Positions 1 to 10,604 of a DNA stretch of 36,591 nucleotides are shown in pieces. Within the stretch, counting starts at the first letter, position 1, and each line of letters starts with the position of its first letter. Source of the DNA: Trichomonas gallinae (taxonomy: Eukaryota). The notes beneath the pieces were generated by a model. The model saw only the letters and a program-made list of their open reading frames with translations. It made no database searches and was not told the DNA's origin. The position numbers were made by a program, and so were the translations under genes. The stretch is taken from contig MRSU01005060.1 of assembly GCA_008369845.1 (NCBI GenBank), positions 1-36,591 of the forward strand, given 5' to 3'.

Positions 1-330
1 GCTTCTTCCTCAGCCTTCAGTCTAGCTTCTTCTTCAATTTTGAGTCTTGCTTCTTCTTCAGCCTTCAATCTTGCTTCTTCTTCAATTTTGAGTCTTGCTT
101 CCTCCTCAGCTTTTAATCTAGCTTCTTCCTCAGCTCTTAATCTTGCTTCTTCCTCAGCCTTCAGTCTAGCTTCTTCTTCAATTTTGAGTCTTGCTTCTTC
201 TTCAGCCTTCAGTCTTGCTTCTTCTTCAGCTTTGAGTCTAGCTACTTCCTCAGCTTTGAGTCTCGCTTCCTCCTCAGCTTTTAATTTTGTTTTTAATCTT
301 GCTTGCTCAGCTTTAAGTCTTGCCTCTTCG
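1..330 (-). repeat. 24-bp coding tandem repeat, ~12 units plus a degenerate tail, encoding EEEARLK(A/I)
   Basis: Units of the form gcttcttcYtcagcYttNagtctN start at 1, 25, 49 ... 265. Bases 1-48 are identical to 145-192. Confidence 0.95.
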
Positions 331-1133
331 CTTTCCGCGAAGTCGTTGTGTATTCTCTGAGCCTCCTTTGTCTGCGCCTCTTTCGAGACCGGCGGAACAT
401 GAGGCTTCGAAGGCGACATTTTGTTGCCTTTCGAGCGGCTGCTTAATGTAAATATAAGCAAGACCCAGTCCATGACATCAGCCGGTCCACCACACATGAA
501 AATTGTGCGTGGCTCCCATTCGTTATCTGATAGAGACATAGTATTAATTATATTTTCAAGCTTTCCAAAAATTGAGTTCGTTAAATTTGGATGGCAGGCG
601 ATTTCACCGTGTATTGTATATGTATGAACAGTTTTTTGCACGCTTCCATTAATTGTTCGTAATTCCAAAAAATAATCAAAATCTTTTTTAACAATTTCGC
701 CAATAGCTCTTTCAGGCTTGCAAGAATCTGGGAGAGCAATAACACACTCCTTTGTTCTAATGAAATTTTCGATTTTTAAATTTGTGATGTATTGATCTGT
801 TTTCATAAGTATATCAAAGAATGCAACAACGAAGTTTGCACTATCTTCTACCGAAGAAAATGTTAATTTTTGAACAATTGATGGATTATTATTTAATATC
901 AGTCCAACATCTTTCGGAAATTCATCATTTGGTGCTGGTGTGTAATCTGGAAGGAAAAGCATAAAATGCGTTTGTTTTTTAAGCTTGAAATCGAATGCTA
1001 GAAATGGACCGATTTGAATAGCTGCGTAAACATCTTTCGGAATGTCTCCATGGACTTCAGCGACGACATTATACCATATGTTTCGTGTGTCAATATCGGT
1101 GAACTCTTTTGGAAGTTTGATGCCATGCAACAT
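1..1133 (-). CDS. Partial hypothetical protein (runs off the window) with a unique ~270-aa N-terminus followed by EEEARLKA charged repeats
   Basis: Manual translation from ATG at 1133 (MLHGIKLPKEFTDIDTRNIWYN...) is open to position 1. It is absent from the ORF track because there is no stop codon in the window. The + strand ORF 40..360 is its antisense shadow. Confidence 0.85.
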   Translation of the reverse strand, partial: MLHGIKLPKEFTDIDTRNIWYNVVAEVHGDIPKDVYAAIQIGPFLAFDFKLKKQTHFMLFLPDYTPAPNDEFPKDVGLILNNNPSIVQKLTFSSVEDSANFVVAFFDILMKTDQYITNLKIENFIRTKECVIALPDSCKPERAIGEIVKKDFDYFLELRTINGSVQKTVHTYTIHGEIACHPNLTNSIFGKLENIINTMSLSDNEWEPRTIFMCGGPADVMDWVLLIFTLSSRSKGNKMSPSKPHVPPVSKEAQTKEAQRIHNDFAESEEARLKAEQARLKTKLKAEEEARLKAEEVARLKAEEEARLKAEEEARLKIEEEARLKAEEEARLRAEEEARLKAEEEARLKIEEEARLKAEEEARLKIEEEARLKAEEE

Positions 1134-1544
1134 CAAAAATTTTATGCAAAAATTAAATGATTTCGCATTTTTGCATCAATTTTAGTGCGTTTATACCGAA
1201 TTTAAGTCAATTTTAGCGAACATTCGAGTTTTCATTTTAAGAATTTGTTCTCATTATTCCATTCACCTAGGAAATAGTTTTCACGCATAATTTTCAGTAT
1301 AAAAATTCTCAATTTTGAAAATTTTTTATTCAAAATTAATAAAATCATTTTTAATTCATTTGAGTATTAAATATTAATTAGAAATTTTGCACATATTGTA
1401 TTTGCACCGATTTATAAACTCAAAATCAATTTTTAAAATTTCAGTATAAAATAATTTTGAGTATGGATCATGAAATTTCATAAATATCTCTATTTATAAC
1501 AATACATAACAAAACAAAAAACAAAAATAAGAATAAACAAAAAT

Positions 1545-2993
1545 CTAATCAACTAAATCGAAGCAAACGTGAGTGATCGATTTATCATTATATTTCGCTT
1601 CATCAATTACTCTCTGCCATGTGGTCTTGCAAACGCCGAGTTGAGCTTTTCTCCTTGTGTTCATAATTTTCTGTGCTTCAACTGATTTCTTGTAGTTGTT
1701 GGCATCATATGATTCTAGTAAAGCCAATGAAGTTTTGGACTTCTTCCTTGATTCATCATTCCAATGATTTGCAGATAAATCAAGTAATGCCGTAACTAAA
1801 TTGAAAATTATTCCGTTTGAATGATCTCGAATGAGTTGATAGTATCCTTTGTTAGATATTATATTCATGGCTTTTTCTACGACCTGATAACTTTGATTAG
1901 ATAATAAATTACAAAGAAACCTGAAAAATGCTTGGAAGTGAAGCAGTTGACTAGCCTGGCTGTATCGCAAAAAGATAATATCAAGTTCATCGATAAACGA
2001 AAGCTGCTTATAAACGTTAGAAATCGGCCAATGAGTCATTAAAAAATTTGCTGCTGTCGGAAACAGTTCTGGCTGTTTCACGAGGCAAGTATATATCAGT
2101 AGCTGCAACTGTCTCGCGAAATCGCAGAAATTAGGCAACGTGTGTAAAGGCAATAAAACTTTTGTAAACATGTCAATCGAATCTTGTTTGAATGGAATCG
2201 CGAGTCCGTTCACATAACTAGCCATCCAATCTAATATTGCGGCTGCGCAATAATTTGATGATAGAATTTCCATTACTTTCTTTTTGATTGGATTTCTGTA
2301 TTGAGGGTGCTTATTACTGATAGCTATTAGCGTATTGCATACTTGCGTTCTCTCACGACTATCAAACGAATAAAAATTATGAACGATATTCTGAACAAAG
2401 TTAGATGGGAACTCATGTGAGTTACTAATCTCAAGCATTCCATTCAAAGCTTCGTAAACTATCGTTAAATGAGTCCAAGCTGCATCTTGAACATCGGGTA
2501 TTGATCCATCATGTAGATCAATGATTTTAACGGGTGGAAACTCGCGAAATAAGTTGCTTCCTATCATACTGAAGAATGCTTGATACATTTCTTGAGATAT
2601 AGCTCTTGCTATATGAGGTATTTGATAACTAGCGATAATATGTTTGAGTAGAACGATTTTTGTTGCTTTTGCTTGCATATCCTTGTTCGGGTTTGAGAAA
2701 TCGCAGATTTTTGCGCATTCGTTGCATTTGGTCTTAAAAAATAATTTGCAATCTTTAGGCGGGAGCTCAGGAAACGGCTTAGACATGACTATCTCTATAT
2801 CATTGCACGAAAAATTTCTGTGAGAAGTGTAATAAACTTTGATATCCTGCATTTCCGGATCACTAACGGGCTGAGATTTAGGAGTCGGAGTTGGGTCCAT
2901 CATAGGCTTAAGCGATATCTGTGGTGCTTGTTGAGATTTTGTCCGCCGTCGCGGAATAATCAGTTTTGGAGTACTTGTTCGTTGCTTGATCAT
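1545..2993 (-). CDS. Protein phosphatase 2A regulatory subunit B' (B56) family, divergent
   Basis: B56 motifs KCNECAKICDF, NLFREFPP, DAAWTHLTIVYE, DSRER, VLLPLH, LMTHWPISNVYKQLSFIDEL, QVVEKA and NHWN. Start moved from the track's non-ATG 3170 to ATG 2993 (MIKQRT), which lies ~17 nt downstream of an Inr TCACT (3014-3010). Confidence 0.9.
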   Translation of the reverse strand: MIKQRTSTPKLIIPRRRTKSQQAPQISLKPMMDPTPTPKSQPVSDPEMQDIKVYYTSHRNFSCNDIEIVMSKPFPELPPKDCKLFFKTKCNECAKICDFSNPNKDMQAKATKIVLLKHIIASYQIPHIARAISQEMYQAFFSMIGSNLFREFPPVKIIDLHDGSIPDVQDAAWTHLTIVYEALNGMLEISNSHEFPSNFVQNIVHNFYSFDSRERTQVCNTLIAISNKHPQYRNPIKKKVMEILSSNYCAAAILDWMASYVNGLAIPFKQDSIDMFTKVLLPLHTLPNFCDFARQLQLLIYTCLVKQPELFPTAANFLMTHWPISNVYKQLSFIDELDIIFLRYSQASQLLHFQAFFRFLCNLLSNQSYQVVEKAMNIISNKGYYQLIRDHSNGIIFNLVTALLDLSANHWNDESRKKSKTSLALLESYDANNYKKSVEAQKIMNTRRKAQLGVCKTTWQRVIDEAKYNDKSITHVCFDLVD

Positions 2994-3654
2994 TTTTAAA
3001 AAACTAAAAAGTGATTTTTCTCTTTTTTTGAGCAAATAACTCCATGCTTGTATATATGTGGAAATTATACGAAAAAGAAAATTGAATGTAAATTTTTTTA
3101 CATTTTTATTGAGTTGAAATAATATTAGTTTACACCATAATTTGCTCATTTTGTGAAAAATTTCTTCCACTTTTTGGAAAATTTTGTAAACAATTAAAAT
3201 TTTGTTTTGGCATTGTTTTTGTTTCCGTTATATCGAGTGATTTAGGGATACATGAAAAAATACGTTTTTTAACGTTTCTTTGAGTGAAGTGAAAAAAAGT
3301 TTTTTCGGATTCGCATAACTTCGTGCCATCATTGGTGCACTGCTTAAGAAATATGCAGAGATTCGCATTTATCTTCTGCTGTAAAGCAAAATTGCATCAA
3401 TTAAAAACTAATTTGCTAAATCGGACTATTTTCTGTTACCAATAACTTATCAATATTATGATATTATTAAAATCACATCGAATTGTCATATATTTCATAA
3501 TTCCATTATTTTATCGAGAATGAGAAATTCTACAGAAGCAGCACAGAGTTCAACAACCACTCTATATCATATTTTCTTCAAACTCAATACTTACAACTGT
3601 GCCAGCAAGGATTAAATCCAGACGTTGTCAATCGATTGAAAATGATGCATGAAC

Positions 3655-3945
3655 CAAAAGATCACAGTCAAAGAGAACATCATCTTGACCAAGCTCAAGT
3701 GCTGCCTCGACAAGAACCTCACAGTCCTAATGAGCATCAAACATCAACCATTCAAATATTCATGATTCATTCAAGGAGAAAATGGCTACGTACAATTTGA
3801 TTCTCATGTCATCATTGATGGTGAAACATTGAGAAATACCACAGCTTTGTTTCCGGCACAACAAACAACACAGAAGACCTCTGGACACTAAAAAAGTTAT
3901 CCAACTATAGTGCTTATGACATTCCACGTCGGTTTGACAGTTAAT
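3655..3945 (+). pseudogene. Possible decayed coding fragment of unknown family
   Basis: Coding-like codon usage inside an AT-rich spacer: QKITVKENIILTKLKCCLDKNLTVLMSIKHQPFKYS*FIQGENGYVQFDSHVIIDGETLRNTT, with a stop at 3763 and an apparent later frameshift. Confidence 0.3.
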
Positions 3946-4151
3946 TGTTAATTGCTATGGACTACGCGCTATTTAACGCATTTTTTAATGCTTGGAATGT
4001 TCCAAATGTCAAAAAATCAAAATCTATACATTTTGATGTCAAAAAGCTGGGAATGATGGGATTAAACATTAGGTTAAAAATAAAAGCAAAATAAATAAAA
4101 ATAAGAATTAACGTCAAGTATAAAGTATTGAATTTAGTTTTTTAAAATTTT

Positions 4152-5516
4152 ATGATGAAATTTGGAATATCCAAAGAGATTTATAAAATTGCCACACCTA
4201 TTATCCAACTTCAGACGACACTGGCAGATCTAAAAGAGGACAACATCGACGAATCCATCGAAATAATTTTGAATCTAAAATTATCCAAATCACAAACAGG
4301 TTTGGTTTGTATTTGTCAAGATATACTTTATTCTACGATCATGAACTTTACTGCTGTTGAAGTATATTCCAAATTCATCGAGCAATTGTCGCAGCCCCTT
4401 CCAAATATTTTACCATTGATAATAGCGAAACTATTTTTACCGGCAATCGATACACGTACTAAATGTGTGCATCTCAGAATGCTCAAATACTTTTTCGAAC
4501 ACAATTTGATCTCGTTAGATGATATTATTTCGGCTATTGCGAACTTCCCTATTCATCTTTCGAATCAATATCTCCTTTTCTTCTTTGCATTTGGAAGATT
4601 CATCGAAAGAAATCATCATGATATATTTAAAGAATTATGTTTGAATGTTCGTAAGTTACAGGGCTTAGGTCCAACTTTCTTAGACCTCATTAAAGTTGAT
4701 TTCAAAGACATCATATCGAGATCATCCGAAAGTGACATGAAATGGCAACCAGTCGAAGAAAAGATTTTCTACGGTTATGTAAAGGACTCATACCAATACG
4801 CAGCTAGAAATAATGACAGACTTAGCATTAGGGCCGCATCCAAGAAGCATCTCGATGAGCTTGTCGAGTTCTCTCCGTTCGATCCTATTCCTTTCGATTC
4901 AAGAAAATGCACTCTTTGCCAAATCGCGGCTAGATGTGGCGCCTTCAAGACTCTGAGTTGGATGATGACGATGAAGGGAGCATTTAGGAGCCCAGATTCA
5001 AATGGAAACTCAACGGGTGCATATGCTGCAGTTAGTGGGTCTGTGAATGTCGTCAAAGCTATACATGACAGAATGATTGATGTGACAGAACATCTTCCAA
5101 TAGCTGCAAATCACAGGTCAATACAAGCATTCGAGTACATTCTGGGGCTTATCGAGGATTCAATTGACAAACAAGAACTGCTGGACAAGAGTTTGCTCGT
5201 TTGCGCGGCAACTAACAATGTCAACGCTCTTCTCACTTGTCTGCAGAATGGTGCGTCACCGAAGACGAAGAACTGTGATGGTCAAACACCATTGCATTTG
5301 GCTGCAATGAATGATAACCTATTTGTAGTCAAAATCTTGTCAATGCTGCCAGAGTTTGATCCTAATGTTCTGGATGATGCACTAAACACTCCACTTCATC
5401 TTGCTGCTCAACAAGGAAACATAGGAGTCATCAATTTCCTCCTTAAACTTCCTGGATTGGACAAGAACATCAAAAACAGGTATGGAAAGATGGCAATCGA
5501 TGCCACTCAAGAATAA
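4152..5516 (+). CDS. Ankyrin repeat protein with a helical N-terminal region (trichomonad-type)
   Basis: C-terminal ANK repeats GQTPLHLAAMNDNLFVVKIL and NTPLHLAAQQGNIGVINFLL...NIKNRYG, preceded by degenerate repeats. Confidence 0.92.
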   Translation: MMKFGISKEIYKIATPIIQLQTTLADLKEDNIDESIEIILNLKLSKSQTGLVCICQDILYSTIMNFTAVEVYSKFIEQLSQPLPNILPLIIAKLFLPAIDTRTKCVHLRMLKYFFEHNLISLDDIISAIANFPIHLSNQYLLFFFAFGRFIERNHHDIFKELCLNVRKLQGLGPTFLDLIKVDFKDIISRSSESDMKWQPVEEKIFYGYVKDSYQYAARNNDRLSIRAASKKHLDELVEFSPFDPIPFDSRKCTLCQIAARCGAFKTLSWMMTMKGAFRSPDSNGNSTGAYAAVSGSVNVVKAIHDRMIDVTEHLPIAANHRSIQAFEYILGLIEDSIDKQELLDKSLLVCAATNNVNALLTCLQNGASPKTKNCDGQTPLHLAAMNDNLFVVKILSMLPEFDPNVLDDALNTPLHLAAQQGNIGVINFLLKLPGLDKNIKNRYGKMAIDATQE

Positions 5517-6159
5517 TTCGATTTTGTTTATTTATTTTCTAAATTATTTGTATTATCGCAATATTTGCACTAAGCTATTATTTATTTATATATATCAAAA
5601 TTATTTTTTTTTTTTTGAGAGTTCGAGGTTGCATGCACACAATATCTATGGAATACAAACTGCAAAAATCATTGTCATGAGTAGTTTCTGTTGTAAAAAA
5701 TCTACTTCTCTGACATCGAGAAATAATAACATTTCTTGGCAATTATGAATGGCCGACATCCTTAAGTGATCAAATATCATAAGCTATCTTTTACACTATA
5801 AGGATCGATAAATTTGGTGATACATGTTAGATTTTTCATTCAACTTTTTTAGAAGTTAATTTGACATGTAAATAGTCAAAAATTATGGATTTGTCGTGTA
5901 AAGCTATTCATCGTTTAGAATTTTTGCGATCATCGAATTGTCGGCCAAATTCGGATAAAAATAAAATATATAAAATACGCATTCAATTTCTTTAAATTTA
6001 TAAAATGAGGTTAATGTCACTTTTATGATTTTCGCTTTGAAAAAAATTGATATTTCGAAAATAAAACAGCGAATCCTTTCTGTTGAGTGAGCGACAAAAT
6101 TGATTTACGCATCGTATTTTTTCTTTAAAAAAATGAAGTGAAGTGACTCATTTCGAATA

Positions 6160-7257
6160 ATGTCTCTTAAAACAAAGTTCCTCGGCTACGACGTCAAGAA
6201 CCCACTGATGCCAGCGCCGGGCCCACCAGTCCGCGATGCAAAGGCATGCATAGACTGCATCAAGGGCGGCTGTGGTGTTATGGTTACTAAAACAATTTCC
6301 ACGAAAGCTGCTAAAGTTCCAACTCCAAACATGTTTGAGCACAAGGTTCACAAGTATTTCTTAAATACTGAACTTTGGACCGAGTTGGAACCAGAACAAT
6401 GGATTAAGTATGAGTATCCAAAGATCCGTGAGGCATGTAACAAGGTTAAGATGCCACTTGTTGTTTCTATGGGTTACACAGCTGAAGAGGTTGCTGAAAT
6501 GGCACCAAAAGTTGCACCATTCGCTGATGCAATCGAGCTCTCCACACACTACATCTCTGATGATCCAAAGCCAATGCAGGATGCCATCAAAGCTGCAATC
6601 AATGGCAGTGGTGGCAAGCCTGTCCTCGTGAAGCTTTCTCCATTCAGAGATGCTCACAAAGCTGCTTTGGCCGCTGAACAAGCAGGTGCATCTGGCATCG
6701 TTGCTGTTAATTCATTCGGCCCAACACTTGCTCTCGATATTGAGCGCTTAGGCCGTTCAGTTATGGGATCAACCACAAAATACGGCTGGGTTTCAGGTCC
6801 AGCTCTTAAACCTCTCGCTATGCGCGTTGTTTATGATGTCTGCAAGACAGTAAAGATCCCAGTTATCGGTGTTGGCGGTTGCTCAACAGGCACTGATGCT
6901 ATCGAGTTCTTAATGGCTGGTGCTTCTGGTGTCGGCATCTGCACATCAGCTATCGTCTCAGGTAGAGAGGCATTCAGCCGTATTACTGGCGAAATGATCG
7001 ACTGGATGACACAACACAACATCAAGGACGTAAACCAGCTTGTTGGCCTTGCCCACAAGCAGGATAATACAAAGCAGACAAAGCCTCCAAGGGTTATTGA
7101 AGAAAACTGCGTTGGCTGCTCTCAATGCGAAATCTCATGCTGCTATGATGCTATCAAGGTCATTGATGCTGTTGCTCGCGTTAATGCAGAGAAGTGCTTC
7201 AAGTGCGGCCTTTGCTACTCACGCTGCCCGAATAAGGCAATAACAATCGACGAATAA
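6160..7257 (+). CDS. Dihydroorotate/dihydropyrimidine dehydrogenase (PreA-like) FMN TIM-barrel protein with a C-terminal 2x[4Fe-4S] ferredoxin domain
   Basis: KNPLMPAPGP, VTKT, LNTE, PVLVKLSP, VAVNS, SGPALKPLA, IPVIGVGG and EFLMAGA motifs; CxxCxxCxxxC twice (CVGCSQCEISC, CFKCGLCYSRCP); Inr TCATT at 6148; strong C/T-ending codon bias; TAAA at the stop. Confidence 0.9.
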   Translation: MSLKTKFLGYDVKNPLMPAPGPPVRDAKACIDCIKGGCGVMVTKTISTKAAKVPTPNMFEHKVHKYFLNTELWTELEPEQWIKYEYPKIREACNKVKMPLVVSMGYTAEEVAEMAPKVAPFADAIELSTHYISDDPKPMQDAIKAAINGSGGKPVLVKLSPFRDAHKAALAAEQAGASGIVAVNSFGPTLALDIERLGRSVMGSTTKYGWVSGPALKPLAMRVVYDVCKTVKIPVIGVGGCSTGTDAIEFLMAGASGVGICTSAIVSGREAFSRITGEMIDWMTQHNIKDVNQLVGLAHKQDNTKQTKPPRVIEENCVGCSQCEISCCYDAIKVIDAVARVNAEKCFKCGLCYSRCPNKAITIDE

Positions 7258-7389
7258 ACCCATGAATAGATTTCAAACACAGTTCATTACTATTACATAA
7301 CTACAATTTTAATACCTACAATTCATGAATTTTTAATTTCATCAAATTCAAAAAAAAAAAAGAAAATGGTTAAAAATAAGAAAAGCACA

Positions 7390-8337
7390 TCAATCTGATA
7401 GATCTAGTATATGTACAAACACTGTGTATTTCCATGGAGCGCGGTCAATATGAACTGGACATGAATGAATCCAATTGTGTGATGGTATGAAAATGGTTTT
7501 TTGCCCCATAATAGACGTTATACCTTGTTCAATGACATAAATTTTAGGTTTAGATTCTGAATTCCCAAAAAGGTTACTTCCTGGTGTGGATGAGCCATAA
7601 TAGTAAATAGACTTTAAACTATTACAGTCTTCGATTATAAAACCTTCAGTTGAGATAGTAAAAGGATAAAGATTGCAAATGATGTAAATTTTCTTCAAAT
7701 ATGGACAAAATCCGATATAGAAACAATCATGACTCTTATCTATTTGAATATTTCTAGATAGAGTCAACTTCCTGATTGAAATTCCATCAATTGCTTGTGG
7801 TCGTAGTTTTGTAACTGATGAAGGGATTATTAATTCATCATAGAAGCCAGCAGCTTGGAGTAACTCGGTCTTTTGCTTGTTATAAAGACAAAATTGTTCA
7901 TCATTACAAAAATTTGGATTTGAAGGACTAACAATAAATTTTTTCACATCTGTTCGTCCAAAAGCAACATCTCCATAAGAATTTAGCTTTGAGCCAATAT
8001 GAATTTCCTTAAAACCATTATGTGGAAAGGCTAAACTTCCAATAGACTCTAACGATTCAGGTAAAGTCAATACATCTGCTGTAATGTTGTTAACATAGAA
8101 TGCATGATCTTTGATTGTTGTGATTCCTTCAGGAATACCTGAAAATGAATTAATTCCACATTTATAGAATACATTTGCTGAAATTGTTCTTACTGGATAA
8201 CTTACACCATTTATTATTACTGATTGACGAATTTTAAGATTTTTTGGGCAAGTTGCTTGCTTGTTTCCATTTCCAACACTTGCTGTGTTTGTTTGTGAAT
8301 CAATGTAGTATGTTACTCCATCGTAATTTACAGACAA
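7390..8337 (-). pseudogene. BspA-like (TpLRR/LRR_5) surface protein ORF lacking an ATG start
   Basis: TpLRR repeats IPEGITTIKDHAF, LPESLESIGSLAF, IGSKLNSYGDVAF and IIPSSVTKL, plus VSPSNPNFCNDEQFCLYNKQKTELLQ. The frame is closed by TGA at 8343-8341 and the only Met is near the C-terminus. Confidence 0.75.
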
Positions 8338-8948
8338 AAATCACAATTGAAAAACACAAAATGTTGCAATTAATCAAATATGCCAATTTAATAGCTAATA
8401 TGTTATCCATATATGATAATAATATTAAATATTAAGTCAAAACAACTCTTGTATCATATTTCGTCATACAAAAGCTTCAATTTACATGCCAGATTTTTAG
8501 GGAAAATTTAACACATACTAAAAAGGATGAATCCCAAAGTAACATATAGGAAAAAAAAAAATAGTTGCTACAATCACGAAGATAACATCAGGATGACTCC
8601 TCATGGCATCTTTTGAACTGTCGCAGCTAGTTTATGCTGATCCAGGCTGAAATCGACTAGATTTTTGACTGTTTCCATACCAATTAACTTGTGTGTTTTG
8701 ACACTTTACAATGGCAGATTTAGCACTTTTTTTTCCAAAACCTTATCTATATTTTTTGTTAAGAAAATAATCGTTTATGTGATGATACTCATTATTATGT
8801 ATTATTAATTGAATATTTAAATTGAAAGGACAATACGGTTTCTGTTGAATATAATCGTAGTAATCGAAATATTATTGCTAAATAATATATGATTTGAATA
8901 ATTCACATTTATTTTTGTGGGTAAATTAAGGTTCCAAAATTTTTCAAA

Positions 8949-9995
8949 ATGAATCTGAGCGTCACAGCTTTGCGCGTGACCCAGTTCATACAGTCATCAC
9001 CGTTCATCACTGATGCCGGTAAACGAAATATTTTCGTCAATAATGGATACTTTTCGAAGTTTTCGAGTCCATTCATGGATAAATTCACATTAGAAATTTT
9101 ACCTTCAAAAATCTCTTCATCCAAATTCGATCACTTTATGAAATCTGTAGTCAAAATCGATAGCGAAAGCATTGTTGCTAATAAATATTCAACAACTTTC
9201 AAGCCTGATGATAAAGACAAAATTATAACCTTTCATAAATGCATATTCGATCACTGCAGCAATCCAGAATTTGGTGGCGCAATCTATATCAAAGATACTG
9301 CTTACCAAATGAATATCACAGGAACATCGTTTTCATATTGTACTTCTGGAAAAGACGGAGGTGCTATTTACTCTATAATAAATAACACTAAACTGAAGCG
9401 TGTTTCATTTTCAAAGTGTAATACAGGATTATCCTGCTCGTATCAAACTTTTCTCATTCATCTCGTTGGACAAGGCGAATCAGAAAATATTCAGATATCT
9501 GACAATGGTGATTCAGTAGAAAAAGATTCTTTCGTGACATTCAACATGAAACGTGGAAATACAATTAACAAACAATATAATGTCACAAATAATGTCGTTT
9601 ATTCATATGGTGCGGCTTTGACTTCAACATTATCGAAGAATTCATCATTTGTCATGATGTATTCCAATTTTATTAACAACAGATGCCAGGAAAGAGAATT
9701 ATTCTCTTTTTATCATGGAAATCGCGACTGCTCACTTAAATTCTCTAATATCGTTAAAAACTCGGGAGGCATTCAATCCTTACTTATAACAAGCGTAGGA
9801 AACTGTCACGTTACAGTTTATGGATGCGTTATCATCAAAAACAATGTTGCAACACTTTCCATCATCAATGATCTTAATCTGATCCTCTTCGAACGTTGCG
9901 CCGTTGATATGGAGCAAGTTCCGCCTAGAACTGTTCATCATATCGAATGCACTTTCAAACAAGAAGATTTTCCAACTATTCAGATAGTGAAATAA
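8949..9995 (+). CDS. GGAI/FxxC-motif (Pmp-like, right-handed beta-helix) hypothetical protein
   Basis: FDHC...GGAIYI, FSYC...GGAIYS, FSKC and NFINN motifs; Asn/Ser-rich. Confidence 0.75.
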   Translation: MNLSVTALRVTQFIQSSPFITDAGKRNIFVNNGYFSKFSSPFMDKFTLEILPSKISSSKFDHFMKSVVKIDSESIVANKYSTTFKPDDKDKIITFHKCIFDHCSNPEFGGAIYIKDTAYQMNITGTSFSYCTSGKDGGAIYSIINNTKLKRVSFSKCNTGLSCSYQTFLIHLVGQGESENIQISDNGDSVEKDSFVTFNMKRGNTINKQYNVTNNVVYSYGAALTSTLSKNSSFVMMYSNFINNRCQERELFSFYHGNRDCSLKFSNIVKNSGGIQSLLITSVGNCHVTVYGCVIIKNNVATLSIINDLNLILFERCAVDMEQVPPRTVHHIECTFKQEDFPTIQIVK

Positions 9996-10604
9996 TTTAA
10001 GTTTTATTTATGCGTTTGTTTGTATATATTGTTTAATAAATACTAGATTTCGAAATTAAATTTTTGAAAACATCACCTAGCCAATACATTTAAACTTAAT
10101 CAATCATGAGTTAGTGTCTAATTTCTCGTTTTTATAGTTGTTACATCGAAAAATTTTAGAAATCTATTCTTAGCGATAATGTTCGTTTAAATGCAATTCT
10201 TAATGTCTTCCAACGTTAAAACAAATATTAATTATATAATTCATGAAGTTAAGTTATCTTTTGAAAGAGAACAGAAATCTAAAGTTTCGACTTTTATGAG
10301 AACATCATCACATGTCCTGATGTTTCCATGAAAGTCAAATCAAACACATTATTTCAATATCCAAATAACCATCAAGAAGCATAGGATGATGAAAGACGTG
10401 TCACTTTTCGTTTTAGAAACCTTATTCTACAAAACATGTTCTTCGAAAAACGAAAGAATGGTTTTTAGAACATCCCTAACGCATCATATTCATGAGATAT
10501 TTATAAGGTATATATTAATTATACATTCATGAGGATTTATGTTGAGAAAGGAATAATCCCCTTCAATAATTTTTATGACCCTGCAATAATTAAAACATTG
10601 CAGA

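Noticed and set aside
40..627. Plus-strand ORFs 40..360 (SLASSS repeats) and 421..627
   Set aside because: Antisense shadows of the minus-strand EEEARLKA gene, with non-ATG starts.
8590..8655. AGGATGA...CTGA as a possible C/D box snoRNA
   Set aside because: Imperfect box C, no terminal stem and no recognisable rRNA complementarity. The region may be decayed coding sequence.
10415..10500. KTKEWFLEHP reading resembling a TALE homeodomain helix 1
   Set aside because: Too short, followed by a stop, and no WFxNxR helix 3 found.
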